Shown piece after piece: positions 9,332 through 19,208 of a stretch of 64,000 nucleotides of DNA; the first letter of the stretch is position 1; every line of letters begins with the position of its first letter. The translations under genes were made by a program, and so were the position numbers. Source of the stretch: a virus; IMG/VR virus record IMGVR_UViG_3300025264_000007, positions 16,616 through 80,615 of that record; one strand, written 5' to 3'. The notes below the pieces were generated by a model. The model was not told the DNA's origin. It made no database searches and saw only the letters and a program-made list of their open reading frames with translations.

Positions 9332-9872
9332 TGTTCTTTCTTAAAATTGTCGTTCCCTCTCTTGCGAGTTTATTATATGATATTTTTTTCATCTTCTGCC
9401 GCCTCTTAGTCGATTTATTTGTATTTCTAATTGTTTTATAAGATCTGTCGTGGGTACCCGATATGCGTCGCGCAGTATCAGAGAGAGAGTGCTCTTGAAA
9501 TTCGCTAAAGCCGAAGCTATTTCCTCCTTAGAATTCTTCATAGGCTGGTCAATCTGGAGTCGTCACAACGATTACTTTAGTTCTCACACGCACGGGTCTA
9601 TGCTGCTCTAGAAAAGCAGGTAATAGCTGATGACACAGCCCATGACTGCACCGAAAGCAGCACACAGCGCCACCTGAAGAAGCATCAACTTTCTATCGTA
9701 TTTGGGGAGCTTGCTTATTCTTTTCATTGGTCTTCCTTGTTTCTTCTTCTCGTTATGCTCTCTAGGAAGGAGCTAGCTGTGTTGGTTATAGCTCTCCCGA
9801 ACATAAAGCCTATTACTACTACTGCTGTTGCTATAATAAATGTTTTCATTTTATTTCTTGGTGCCTTTCATG

Positions 9873-10250
9873 TCAGAATTCTTCGCAAGTTGATTCGGCT
9901 GGGTCACAGTCAAGTGGCGTTTGCCAACCGTTCTCAAGCGGGAAGTAGTAGGAGCGCACCGCATGAGGCTGAAAGTTTTGCTGCGAAGCCACAGCCAAAA
10001 CCAAAAGCTTTTCGTTGGTGTTGACACCGAAAACAAATCGGCATCCCCTAAGAAGCCCAGGCACATGCTTATTGTTGAGGGATTTGGGGTCTTTGGTGAG
10101 CACCCCAACCGCAATCACCCTGCAAAACCGATAGTAGCGTTGCATCTCGACGGTGCGAACATCCAGCCGTTGGCAGCAATGCTGTTCTGGTGTGGCGGGA
10201 GCGTGTGAGCACCCCACAAATATTAATGATGTCATTAAAATATATTTCAT
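9873..10250 (-). CDS. Cys-rich lipoprotein (paralog A)
   Basis: Lipobox FVGC; CCQRL...RFC...CRFVFGV. Confidence 0.7.
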   Translation of the reverse strand: MKYILMTSLIFVGCSHAPATPEQHCCQRLDVRTVEMQRYYRFCRVIAVGVLTKDPKSLNNKHVPGLLRGCRFVFGVNTNEKLLVLAVASQQNFQPHAVRSYYFPLENGWQTPLDCDPAESTCEEF

Positions 10251-10528
10251 TGTGTTCCTTTCACTGCAAAAACATATTTGCAAATGTCTAAGCCTTCTTT
10301 AATATTCTTTACTGCCTTGGGGTCATGCGGGAATCGGTTCTCTAAGAAAGCAAGTCCGATGCATAGCCTTTCAAATCTTCCAAGAGTGTCGGTACGCAGC
10401 TTCAGGCGCTTGCAGCATTGCCCCCCCTCTGAGGGAATTGGTTGCGCATGAGAGCAACTGGTTACAAGGAGGGCGCTACAAACAATGATAGCTAAGAGAA
10501 CTATAAACTCTAGGGGATTGAGATTCAT
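10247..10528 (-). CDS. Cys-rich lipoprotein (paralog B)
   Basis: Lipobox VTSC; CCKRL...RLC...CKYVFAV. Confidence 0.7.
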   Translation of the reverse strand: MNLNPLEFIVLLAIIVCSALLVTSCSHAQPIPSEGGQCCKRLKLRTDTLGRFERLCIGLAFLENRFPHDPKAVKNIKEGLDICKYVFAVKGTQ

Positions 10529-10818
10529 TTTCTTTTTTTCCTGGGCTGCGGAATGCCGGCCTCGTTCATTAAGAAATCTAAATGCCACTGGTCAAAAGCG
10601 TTTATCTCTTTTTGTCTTTTTCGCCGCTCGCGCTTGTAATCGATCTTTGGAACCCATCCCATATAATACATGACCGAGCGCAAAACACGCGGGTCTTGCT
10701 TCTTTAGCATTTGTACAATTTGATGTGCTTTTGCACGAACCTGACGGTGGGTCAGGGGTTTAGTGTTGTACCCATTGTGCGTGGTGATGTACCCCGCTAA
10801 AAGCAAACTAACCATCAT
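10525..10818 (-). CDS. Hypothetical protein
   Basis: Overlapping ORF within the operon. Confidence 0.6.
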   Translation of the reverse strand: MMVSLLLAGYITTHNGYNTKPLTHRQVRAKAHQIVQMLKKQDPRVLRSVMYYMGWVPKIDYKRERRKRQKEINAFDQWHLDFLMNEAGIPQPRKKRK

Positions 10819-11698
10819 TTAAGACCAAGTGCGCCTGCGCTTTTCGGATGCGTTCGATTGCTAGCTCGCGATACTCGTCGTTGATTTCAAACCCGATAAA
10901 GTCGCGGTTATTTTCGAGCGCCACCACTGCGGTGGTACCAGATCCAATAAAGGGATCGAGAACAACTCCGCCCTCAGGGCAACTCGATAAAATAGGATCA
11001 GCGATGAGTTCTGGCGGATAAACAGCAAAGTGGGCACCTCGATAGCTTTTTGTAGAGATATCCCATACCGTAAACTTCGGGCGCGTCAGTGTTTCGCCGG
11101 CTTCAATACGCTTGCGGAGTTTTTCGTAGTGAGAAGCTTGATTGACACTCGAAATGGCAAAACCTTCTTTGCCATGAGCATCTTTATCTTTACGTTTACT
11201 AATATTGTTCTTGGAGAATGCGCGACGGATCGAAATCTCTTTCTGCGGCACTCGCGGTTGATCAAAGTAATAACCCTTAGTAACCTTAGTAAACATGTAA
11301 AGTTTTTCGTGGCTTACCCAAAACCGATCTTTGGCCGACATGGGTTGGGGATTGGGCTTGCTCCAAATCACTTCGTTACGCAAAATCCACCCACGATTGG
11401 TCATTTCAATTTCAAATCGGCTAGGAATCTGTGCAAGACACTTCTTAATATAAGTGTCACCGATGTTGACCCAGCACACCCCTGTCTTTTTAAGCACTCG
11501 TTGAACTTCGTCGAAAATATTACACAGATCATTCACATAATCTTGATAACTTTCTTCCAAGCCAATCTGGCGATCCTTTTTATAATCACGAAGATTATAA
11601 TAGGGAGGTGAGGTGATACACATGTCAACCGACTCGGCAGGAAGCTTCTGAAGTTCTTCCAGCGAGTCGCCTAAATGAATGACGTTTCTCTCTAGCAT
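10808..11698 (-). CDS. DNA methyltransferase, N4-C/N6-A beta class
   Basis: TSPPY; HFAVYP; LDPFIGSGTT. Confidence 0.93.
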   Translation of the reverse strand: MLERNVIHLGDSLEELQKLPAESVDMCITSPPYYNLRDYKKDRQIGLEESYQDYVNDLCNIFDEVQRVLKKTGVCWVNIGDTYIKKCLAQIPSRFEIEMTNRGWILRNEVIWSKPNPQPMSAKDRFWVSHEKLYMFTKVTKGYYFDQPRVPQKEISIRRAFSKNNISKRKDKDAHGKEGFAISSVNQASHYEKLRKRIEAGETLTRPKFTVWDISTKSYRGAHFAVYPPELIADPILSSCPEGGVVLDPFIGSGTTAVVALENNRDFIGFEINDEYRELAIERIRKAQAHLVLNDG

Positions 11699-12300
11699 GC
11701 GAGCCCCTCTTCAATCCGTTCAATCGCGTCATCGCGCAATTCTTTCGCCGTGGGATAATCCTTTTTAGCATGATTTGGTTCGAACTTAAAGGTCGAGTAG
11801 GGAAAAAGTTCTTCAAACCTGAGCAGCCGTCGCCACGACGCAGCGCGGTAGACCTTGCGCTTGGAAAAGGCGCAGGATGCCGCGCTTCCGAGCACTTCAA
11901 GCTCATAAAGACCCTTCACAGTCTCGGCAGGAATCTCGTAGGCTAAGGGCTTGCCGCCGTCATAAATGGGGTTCATGTCGAGAACCACATATGAGTCTAC
12001 CTTTTCCAACTTATCATAGAAAGTGCTTTCTTCGAAGAACCTTCCCTTGCCCGTTGCCGTTGAAGGAGCAAAACTAAGCTTTGTCTTCATGTTCCGCACT
12101 TCGATGCGGGATGACCAGTGGTCATTGCCGGCGATTACATCGTAGGCTTCCTGTCCTGGCACGGTGCGCCCATCAACGAGGCGAGCGACGGTGCGCTCGG
12201 CTTGCGCTGACATTGAGTTACAGTTCATATTCCGAACGAATTCGTCTCGCGTATCGCCGTAACCCTCCGCGATCTTATCCATGTTCCAATTGATTTCCAT
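11692..12300 (-). CDS. Putative restriction-endonuclease-fold protein
   Basis: E...YDVI...RIEVRNMK resembles PD-(D/E)xK; overlaps the MTase gene. Confidence 0.45.
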   Translation of the reverse strand: MEINWNMDKIAEGYGDTRDEFVRNMNCNSMSAQAERTVARLVDGRTVPGQEAYDVIAGNDHWSSRIEVRNMKTKLSFAPSTATGKGRFFEESTFYDKLEKVDSYVVLDMNPIYDGGKPLAYEIPAETVKGLYELEVLGSAASCAFSKRKVYRAASWRRLLRFEELFPYSTFKFEPNHAKKDYPTAKELRDDAIERIEEGLAC

Positions 12301-12337
12301 CGTGGCAGCCTTTCATTATAGTTGTTCCACGCTTACT

Positions 12338-12365
12338 AGAATACCTTACTTTGGTAAGAAGTCAA
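12338..12365 (-). promoter_or_regulatory. sigma70-type promoter TTGACT-N16-TATTCT
   Basis: Directly upstream of the nuclease-like/MTase pair. Confidence 0.65.
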
Positions 12366-12586
12366 GTTTTATTTTTGTTACGTTGTTCGGCTTCGAAGCC
12401 TCGCCGCAGAATCCGGCTGACCGAATTGGGTGATTCTATGACTTTCATCAGCGCACCGCAGACAGGGCAGTTAGGAGCTTGAATATCTCGGGGATCAAAA
12501 TAAAAAACAAACTTGCATTCTTTCACGAGATCGTTGTTGCGAGTCCCCGCGGAGGAGCACTGCCAGTTGGGTGGCGGAGAAGTCAT
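12362..12586 (-). CDS. Small zinc-ribbon protein
   Basis: C...C...CPVCG. Confidence 0.6.
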   Translation of the reverse strand: MTSPPPNWQCSSAGTRNNDLVKECKFVFYFDPRDIQAPNCPVCGALMKVIESPNSVSRILRRGFEAEQRNKNKT

Positions 12587-12670
12587 TTTATTCCTTTCGT
12601 CAGCCGTAACAAATCAGATACATCATAACAGCAAGGGAAGCTGCGATCAAAATATCTATCGTAGTTGGCT

Positions 12671-12970
12671 TCATACCTTAAGTAGGTATTTTTGAGCCAA
12701 GATTGCCTTACAAAAATATTTTTTCTCCCCAATTTGAAGTTCATAGGTTAGCGGTTGGTTAAGTTTATTAGTTTTGACTTGAACCACTAAAGCTAGTTTT
12801 CCCTCTAAAGCATCTTTGGTCAGCCGAAAAGGCGGATCATAAAACGAGTCGTATCGTTCAGCAGGGCACTCACTTAAGAACTTGTCTTTGCCAGCGCGCG
12901 CGCAGCACAGGCTCCAGCCATGCTCATTGACAATCACTTGCAAAAGGTCGCCTGCCGTGAACTGTTTCAT
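12671..12970 (-). CDS. SH3/KOW-like family hypothetical protein
   Basis: FTAGDLLQ...LALVVQV. Confidence 0.6.
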   Translation of the reverse strand: MKQFTAGDLLQVIVNEHGWSLCCARAGKDKFLSECPAERYDSFYDPPFRLTKDALEGKLALVVQVKTNKLNQPLTYELQIGEKKYFCKAILAQKYLLKV

Positions 12971-13272
12971 TCATCGGGGGTCTCAAATTCAGGTAAGGGA
13001 GCAACAGTTCCGGTGTGGTTATGAAGCATATTAGCAAATTGGTAAAGTTGAGCGCCCATTTCGGCTGCAAGTTCAGCCGTCTCGCTCATCATCTCCGGAT
13101 CGAGCACCATCTCTGTTGCTCGTTTTGCGCCCCCATCGGCTACTTCTTCGATCAGACGTTTCATCTGAACCGACAGGTCGCCATACATGCTAGGGAGATC
13201 CAGCGCGTCTTTAGTGACTTGAGGAAGGATTTCCTCGTAAATAAGTTGATAGTTGATGATGGGGTAAGTCAT
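12967..13272 (-). CDS. Hypothetical protein
   Basis: ATGA overlaps with neighbours. Confidence 0.65.
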   Translation of the reverse strand: MTYPIINYQLIYEEILPQVTKDALDLPSMYGDLSVQMKRLIEEVADGGAKRATEMVLDPEMMSETAELAAEMGAQLYQFANMLHNHTGTVAPLPEFETPDE

Positions 13273-14258
13273 GTGGTTTGACCTTTCTTTGTTGCGCGGC
13301 GTTCATCCTCAAGGTGTTGGGCAGCCGCCGCGGGGAAATCTGGGGGGATAGGGAGTGAGGCGTGAAATATACGGCGAAGGGGGTCATCTGTGTTGACGGA
13401 ATGCTCCGCTTTGGGTTGGGTACCGGCGGCGCGCGCGGCATCCTCCACCTTTAATGTGCTGTATGCCCCAAAATATGACCTTGACATACACTTCAGGTTG
13501 TGAAGGTCGTCGGTATCGGCATGCGTGGGGTCGTCGGTATCGGCAGGCGTGGCGCAGTCGTGAGTCTGCTGGAGGCTTTCGATGAGCTTCTCGGTTTTTT
13601 CTTTTTCGCCGTTGTGGAGTTCAATCTCGATGTATCCCACCCTAGACAAATCTTTGCCGGTGAGAAACTCGTATTCAGCGCCCTCGCAATCTACCTTAAG
13701 GTAGTCAATGAACCCATTGGGACTGGCCGCTAGAATATCTTCAATAGAAATCGTCTTTACTTCTTCGTATTCGTCGTCGAAAGGTTTTTCTGCGGAAGAA
13801 TAGGCGTCGCCCGAAAAGTTGCCGTTCTGTAAGTTTTTTTGCATGTAAACTGTTTGCCCTGACGTGGCTCCCACTGCTAGGTTATGCAGTTGAACTCGTT
13901 GGGGCGCTACGACCTGGCGTGCAACGTTGTCACTCAAGCGCCTAAAAGTTTCTTTGCACGGCTCGTAAGCTATTACATTGGTAGCTATTCGTGAAGCTAA
14001 ATAAGTAAATGCGCCGACGTTTGCTCCCACATCCACAATGCACATGGGGCGGGGGCAAAGTGGGAATATGGGCAGACTTCCCCAGCCGATGAGGTACTCT
14101 GTGAGCATCTTTTCATCGTTGTGGGGATGGGAACTGGCCATTTGATTTAGGTTTACCATGCCATATGAGGGCCAGCTATAAGCTACTGCTACCTCTCTGA
14201 CGCGGTCGTAAAACCACTCGTCTTTCTGTCCTTGCGTAGCATCTTCAAACTCTAACAT
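13269..14258 (-). CDS. FkbM-family SAM-dependent methyltransferase
   Basis: VDVGANVGAF, YEP, LKVDCEGAE. Confidence 0.9.
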   Translation of the reverse strand: MLEFEDATQGQKDEWFYDRVREVAVAYSWPSYGMVNLNQMASSHPHNDEKMLTEYLIGWGSLPIFPLCPRPMCIVDVGANVGAFTYLASRIATNVIAYEPCKETFRRLSDNVARQVVAPQRVQLHNLAVGATSGQTVYMQKNLQNGNFSGDAYSSAEKPFDDEYEEVKTISIEDILAASPNGFIDYLKVDCEGAEYEFLTGKDLSRVGYIEIELHNGEKEKTEKLIESLQQTHDCATPADTDDPTHADTDDLHNLKCMSRSYFGAYSTLKVEDAARAAGTQPKAEHSVNTDDPLRRIFHASLPIPPDFPAAAAQHLEDERRATKKGQTT

Positions 14259-14319
14259 TGAAACTCCTAATGGTTTAGTATACGCCAGGTTGGCTATGAT
14301 GTTTAGTTATTTTCATCGT

Positions 14320-14565
14320 TTAATATCCCACATAAGGTGAGATTTCTGCCGGCAATACCCACCATAATATATTGCGCAGGAACTGCACTTGGTAGTGATG
14401 GCGGTGATTCCCGTCGGGTCCGCTGACGATCACTCCCACGGTTCCTTGTGTGATGGTTTGGTTGTCTTCATCCCCATCGATAGGAACGCTCGAATAAATA
14501 TTGGCGGCTGCTTCCACGAGCGCACCCGGATAATAGCATGACGATTCAGTCGCTTTAGTCGGCAT
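14320..14565 (-). CDS. SH3/KOW-like family protein
   Basis: YYPGALVE...GTVGVIV...YQVQF. Confidence 0.6.
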   Translation of the reverse strand: MPTKATESSCYYPGALVEAAANIYSSVPIDGDEDNQTITQGTVGVIVSGPDGNHRHHYQVQFLRNILWWVLPAEISPYVGY

Positions 14566-15033
14566 ATTGGCGGAGAACTTCGTAAAGTCGTTGGGGTGTT
14601 AGATCGGAATAGTGGTAGAGGTTGTCAACTGCGCCGGCAAGACGCAAGGCGTAGGCAATCCACTCAGAACAATACCAGCGACCTGTGCGCTTGATGTGAA
14701 AGGGCGTGAACTTTGATAAGATCATGCCTGCCCAATCATAGCCGTCGCCTTTGGTGTCGTGGTAGAATAGCTCAATGGTGTTGACCTGCTCAAGCGTAAC
14801 GGGTATACAGATAATATCATAGTCTTCCATATTTTCTTCAGCCTCTAGCCAGATCTTTCGAACGCCTTCCGCGCTAAAGGGGAGAATGCTTATTGATTTG
14901 CCGTCAGGCATCATAAGTTCAGCATGAGAATAGATGGATTGGGTAGTCTTTCGGACAAGCCGGTTGTGCCACTCTCCCTCGCCCTTGTAGAACGCTACGC
15001 AAAGTTGAAGTGGTTCTGTCGGCTTTACCCCAT
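14555..15033 (-). CDS. Permuted papain-like (NlpC/P60/YiiX-type) protein; upstream ATG is out of frame
   Basis: Frame continues upstream of 14914 as VAFYKG...YSHAEL; YDW and WYCSEW motifs. Confidence 0.65.
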
Positions 15034-15152
15034 AATAATATAACTATATCGGCAGGTAAGGAAATGAAAAAAATTTCGGCAAGTCTTTTTGGTGCTGAGA
15101 ATTAACCTCAATCCCACGATGTTCTTCGCCAAATCTTGTGACGTCACCCGGA

Positions 15153-15374
15153 TCATTTCCCGAGTAAAAAGTAGGCGGTTAGAAACCCCCCCACATAAAA
15201 TACGGGGTGGAGCATAATGTGGAGTTTCATCCGTTGATGATAATACCCGGTAGCAATCATAAATTTAGCCACCAAGGCGGCGGTCTCCCGTCGGGCGCGG
15301 GGATCTTTCATCAGCGCGTCCTCCCACTCTTGTTGGTTACGAGCCACCTCATTATCTATATCTTTATTTGGCAT
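15153..15374 (-). CDS. Small membrane protein
   Basis: C-terminal hydrophobic segment. Confidence 0.55.
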   Translation of the reverse strand: MPNKDIDNEVARNQQEWEDALMKDPRARRETAALVAKFMIATGYYHQRMKLHIMLHPVFYVGGFLTAYFLLGK

Positions 15375-15747
15375 CGGCTTTTTTTCGTAACCATGAGGGG
15401 TTGGCTACCCTAGCTTTTCCCTTAACTATTTTAAGATGTTTGGCAACCGGGGGAATATCCCAATATGACACCCGGAAACACCCGTCGAATTCTCCCAGGG
15501 CTAACGGTTCGCACTGCATTTTTATAAGCTTCTTGCATAAAAATGTAAATTGCTTGGGAGTTTCTCGCGCCACATACAGGCCGACTGTTCTCTCCTCAAA
15601 GCTACAGTAAAGCTCGTCTGTTTTCCACTTGCCGATGGAGCGAGCAACAGGAAGACCGTCTTCCGACTCCCGAAGGCGCAGGCGATTCTTTCTACAGAAT
15701 CTTTTAAACTCTTTAATTCTTTTTACTTGATCCTCGTCAGAAACCAT
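15364..15747 (-). CDS. Hypothetical protein
   Basis: SD GGAGA, operon context. Confidence 0.7.
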   Translation of the reverse strand: MVSDEDQVKRIKEFKRFCRKNRLRLRESEDGLPVARSIGKWKTDELYCSFEERTVGLYVARETPKQFTFLCKKLIKMQCEPLALGEFDGCFRVSYWDIPPVAKHLKIVKGKARVANPSWLRKKADAK

Positions 15748-15757
15748 TTTCTATCTC

Positions 15758-16090
15758 CTATGAAAGGGGGCGGCGTTCATGCTGCGCCTTAAGCGCACGC
15801 GCAAACCAATTTAAACTTTTTCCTTCATTCACTAACATTGCCTCAAAGACCGGGTTATTTCTCACAATCACCGCATACAGCTTATGCCATACATACCACT
15901 CTTCTTGCCCCACGGGGAGAAAGCCCGCCTGTGCCAGTTGGTGGTTGACCTCTCTGTATGAAAGGTCGCTCCGAGCCGCAGCTAGCAGCATTTGTCTTCT
16001 CTTCACATCCATATAGTCTATTATGCCATAAATCCCGCGGAGCGTAAAGAGCGATAGAGTGCTCTTATTCCCAGATGTGGCGACACGCAT
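15758..16090 (-). CDS. Hypothetical protein (start uncertain)
   Basis: ORF track. Confidence 0.55.
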   Translation of the reverse strand: MRVATSGNKSTLSLFTLRGIYGIIDYMDVKRRQMLLAAARSDLSYREVNHQLAQAGFLPVGQEEWYVWHKLYAVIVRNNPVFEAMLVNEGKSLNWFARALKAQHERRPLS

Positions 16091-16186
16091 CCCTCACTGC
16101 GTGGGCTGCGATACTTGCACCTAAAATCCCTAAAAACATTAATCCTACGACTCCGCTCCCAAGCGCCAACGCTATCTCGCGGGAAT

Positions 16187-16564
16187 TCATTCGTCGATAC
16201 CGTGGTGGCGACCCGCATTCCGAGCATAAAGATAGAGAGCCCTCTCCAGCAATTCTCTGAGCGCAGCACCCATCTCATCAGGAGACATATCTTCGCCCCG
16301 GTAGCTCATGGAGCGGAGCAATGCCACGCCCTCTTCATGAATCACTACGGTGGTGCGCAGTGATCGCGTGAGATGGTTGTGCTCGCACTCCCACACATCC
16401 ACTATTGGGTTCTTTTTACTCATCTTCTTTTCCTTCTTCTCCAAAACGTTTAACTTCAACATATCTTCCACAATAATACATAGCTCCGGCCAAGAACCCA
16501 AAGCTAAAACCGGTGATCCTTCCGGTCGCGAAATCGTGCGCGGCGCATGCCCCAAAAAAAACAA
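16187..16564 (-). CDS. Hypothetical protein (start probably internal)
   Basis: ORF track. Confidence 0.5.
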   Translation of the reverse strand: MFFLGHAPRTISRPEGSPVLALGSWPELCIIVEDMLKLNVLEKKEKKMSKKNPIVDVWECEHNHLTRSLRTTVVIHEEGVALLRSMSYRGEDMSPDEMGAALRELLERALYLYARNAGRHHGIDE

Positions 16565-16592
16565 TCATGAATACATAAAACTGCAAAAACAT

Positions 16593-16967
16593 TTAATTCA
16601 CCTCCACTCGAATGTGGCAGAGATGGCGAAGCTCTTGCGTTTTCTGCTCGACCACATCTGATAACTGAGCCAAGTCAACCACTTGGTCTTTGCTCAAAAC
16701 AATATATTCTTTGTTGTCGTCATTAGCCAGTATCACCTTGTTGTCGGCGAGAACCTCACTCATAAACTGAAGCTGCTCAGACAAAGCAGCGATGGCGCTA
16801 GCAAGAGCCCCGATATCGCTAACTCCAAACTCGCTGAAGGGGGCATCCACAAAAGCGCACAAGTAATCAAGCGTCAGCGATGCTTGTTCGACGCCTTGAT
16901 TGTATGCGGCAAGACTCATTAGGTATTCACCTTTTTTTGACCGCTTTGTCATTTGAGCGTCAACCAT
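16593..16967 (-). CDS. Hypothetical protein
   Basis: ORF track, operon context. Confidence 0.65.
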   Translation of the reverse strand: MVDAQMTKRSKKGEYLMSLAAYNQGVEQASLTLDYLCAFVDAPFSEFGVSDIGALASAIAALSEQLQFMSEVLADNKVILANDDNKEYIVLSKDQVVDLAQLSDVVEQKTQELRHLCHIRVEVN

Positions 16968-17479
16968 TCGGGAAACCTAATTTTAAAAAAAGCATAAGTT
17001 CTGTTTACCTTCTTACGATATGCCTGAATAGCTGCCACATTCTGGGAGCGCCGCCAACCGGGGCCGCCATTATAACACGCGGCTAGGTTTTTCCCCTGGC
17101 AAGTCTTGTAGGTTCGTAAATTAGTTAGCACGCGAGTTGCTGCTCTTGTGGCATGAGTAATGTTGTGCATGTCTCGGCGAAAATCGGCGAAGGAGGCGTA
17201 TCCCCACTGTCGCTTCCCCCACCAATACCAGTTGATTTGAAATACTCCCACATCCCCCGTTGCCGATGCCGCATCCGCTTGAAGACGTGACTCTGCCCAA
17301 GCGATGGAGATCAAGAAGTGAGGGTCGGCACCGCGCCGATTGGCTTCCCTTATTATATCTTCGGCGACGGCTAGCTGTGCGGGAGTATAGTAGGCGGGTG
17401 CCCCCAGATAGAAAAAGTGCTCCGCTTCGGTGAGAGAAAAATCCCAACCCACCAGCAAACTGATCAGCACCCCCATCAT
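16949..17479 (-). CDS. Lytic transglycosylase (SLT family)
   Basis: IAWAES, GVFQIN, ACYNGG. Confidence 0.85.
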   Translation of the reverse strand: MMGVLISLLVGWDFSLTEAEHFFYLGAPAYYTPAQLAVAEDIIREANRRGADPHFLISIAWAESRLQADAASATGDVGVFQINWYWWGKRQWGYASFADFRRDMHNITHATRAATRVLTNLRTYKTCQGKNLAACYNGGPGWRRSQNVAAIQAYRKKVNRTYAFFKIRFPEWLTLK

Positions 17480-18078
17480 GCGAAATCAATCTCCACTTCT
17501 ACCGTAATGCTTAACTGCGGCGTACGCAGATGGTTGACAATTCCATGTTTCTTTGCTTCCTCGGCGTCCATGAACCAGTCGGCATGTTTTTTATTGAAAA
17601 CCTTTTTCTTAAAGTAGTCGTCTTTCTTTCCACAATTACGAGCCATCATAGTAAATATCTTCTCATCCAGCCTTTCGGCTTCTTTTACATCGGCTTTTAG
17701 CTCTTCTATCTTTCCCCAGCCTCCGCTGCTCACGTCGTGAATCATGACGGTGGCATTAGGGTCGGCAAACCTCAGACCTTGTTCTCCAAAAGTTAAAAGA
17801 ACGGCTCCGCAAGACATAGCTTTACCTTCTACAATGGTGGCAACGGGTAAGTCAGCAGCCTGAATAGCCCCTATCATTGACATTAAAGCATAAACTTGTC
17901 CCCCATACGAGTCAATGATGACCGGGATAACTTTTTGCCCGGTGTTGTGGGCGAGCGCCATCTTGTGCGCAAACTCCGTAGCCGATTTTTCATTGAACTT
18001 GTTTACTCGAATAATAACGGGTTGCTTCCGCAACTCGCACTCTTTGATGAGTGGTGAGATTTCTGACTTCCAGATCAT
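17476..18078 (-). CDS. clpP: ClpP-like serine protease
   Basis: IDSYGG, AMSCGA (Ser), MIHD (His), DWFMDAEEA (Asp). Confidence 0.9.
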   Translation of the reverse strand: MIWKSEISPLIKECELRKQPVIIRVNKFNEKSATEFAHKMALAHNTGQKVIPVIIDSYGGQVYALMSMIGAIQAADLPVATIVEGKAMSCGAVLLTFGEQGLRFADPNATVMIHDVSSGGWGKIEELKADVKEAERLDEKIFTMMARNCGKKDDYFKKKVFNKKHADWFMDAEEAKKHGIVNHLRTPQLSITVEVEIDFA

Positions 18079-18083
18079 ATAAT

Positions 18084-18341
18084 TTATCCTCGGAGAACCT
18101 GTTTCCCCTTATTTAAATAGGTTTTGAGGTCTTCGAACCCCCCAATAAACTTCTCACTCCCCGCAGTAATCTCGACTACCAGGGGCACCGTGCGCCAATT
18201 ATAGGTATTCTGAATCTCTGTAAGAAGTTGGGGCTGCTGGTCGAGACCGTAGCATTCAAACTCGTGCTGCTTCTCTGCGAGCAGCCTGATTGCCGCATGG
18301 CAATAAGGGCAATCTGTCTTTGTGTATAATCTAAATTTCAT
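18084..18341 (-). CDS. grx: Glutaredoxin
   Basis: CPYC, TVP, FIGG. Confidence 0.92.
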   Translation of the reverse strand: MKFRLYTKTDCPYCHAAIRLLAEKQHEFECYGLDQQPQLLTEIQNTYNWRTVPLVVEITAGSEKFIGGFEDLKTYLNKGKQVLRG

Positions 18342-19206
18342 TTTTTACTATCTCCAATTCAAAGGGGTGAACCTCTTCATAAATATCTCCCCCGAAAGAA
18401 ATCCGGTAAAAGGAGCGTGCAAACTCGCCATTCGTGCGAGACGACGGTGCTAGCACAAGCCCATAGGGGTGCAGGGCTAGCGGGTTGGCTTCTGACCACT
18501 TAATAAAATCATCTAAGCCGGGTGGGGGGCGTCGTCGATCCCCTTCAATATACTCGCGCAACCCAAAAGCATAGCCGGCGGCATCTCTGGAAGATGTGCG
18601 GTATTCGGCTACAAGATCTAACAGTTTGTCGTCTTTCTTAGCGCGGGGATAAAAGTAAGCCATCCGAGGGCGAACCAAAGCGCCCGGCTGAAAAGGGTCG
18701 GCGTCGTGAGTGATCTCGCAGAACTCTTCGTACGACACCCTCTCCCCATACGATGAGTGCATCATACGGAGCGCGTTCTCATACCCAAAAACAGCCCCAA
18801 AAGGTCTAAAGATCGCCCACCCGATACGGAAAGGGCTCGGAATTACACTGCACCGGGAGGGAATACACAAGGCATCGCTTTCGTCTACCAAAAATCTTTT
18901 CTTGCCGCCGGTCAAGTTAAAAGAAAACTGTCGATAGCCGCGCGGGGATGTTCCTTCGTATGCCAGATTGTGACACCACAGGGATCGGCCGCCACGAACC
19001 AACGTTGTATAGTCGGGGTGCTTCTCCAAGACTTGGGCGGGAAAAACCAGGCGAACGCGGTCTTCGTCCCGCGAGGGAGAATAGTTATACCGGCGGCGTG
19101 AGATTGCCTCAAAAAATGGATTACGTTCCACGGTGGTGTCGTCGCTATAATACCTAAACTGATTGCCAAAAAAGTTTTGGTATAGGTTGAGCCAGGTGTG
19201 TCGCAC
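18331..19206 (-). CDS. Hypothetical protein
   Basis: 291-aa ORF. Confidence 0.75.
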   Translation of the reverse strand: MRHTWLNLYQNFFGNQFRYYSDDTTVERNPFFEAISRRRYNYSPSRDEDRVRLVFPAQVLEKHPDYTTLVRGGRSLWCHNLAYEGTSPRGYRQFSFNLTGGKKRFLVDESDALCIPSRCSVIPSPFRIGWAIFRPFGAVFGYENALRMMHSSYGERVSYEEFCEITHDADPFQPGALVRPRMAYFYPRAKKDDKLLDLVAEYRTSSRDAAGYAFGLREYIEGDRRRPPPGLDDFIKWSEANPLALHPYGLVLAPSSRTNGEFARSFYRISFGGDIYEEVHPFELEIVKNEI

Positions 19207-19208
19207 GC

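Noticed and set aside
13506-13545. 16-bp direct repeat GTCGTCGGTATCGGCA with 24-bp period
   Set aside because: It is a small in-frame duplication (ADTDD twice) in the FkbM linker with no sign of regulatory function.
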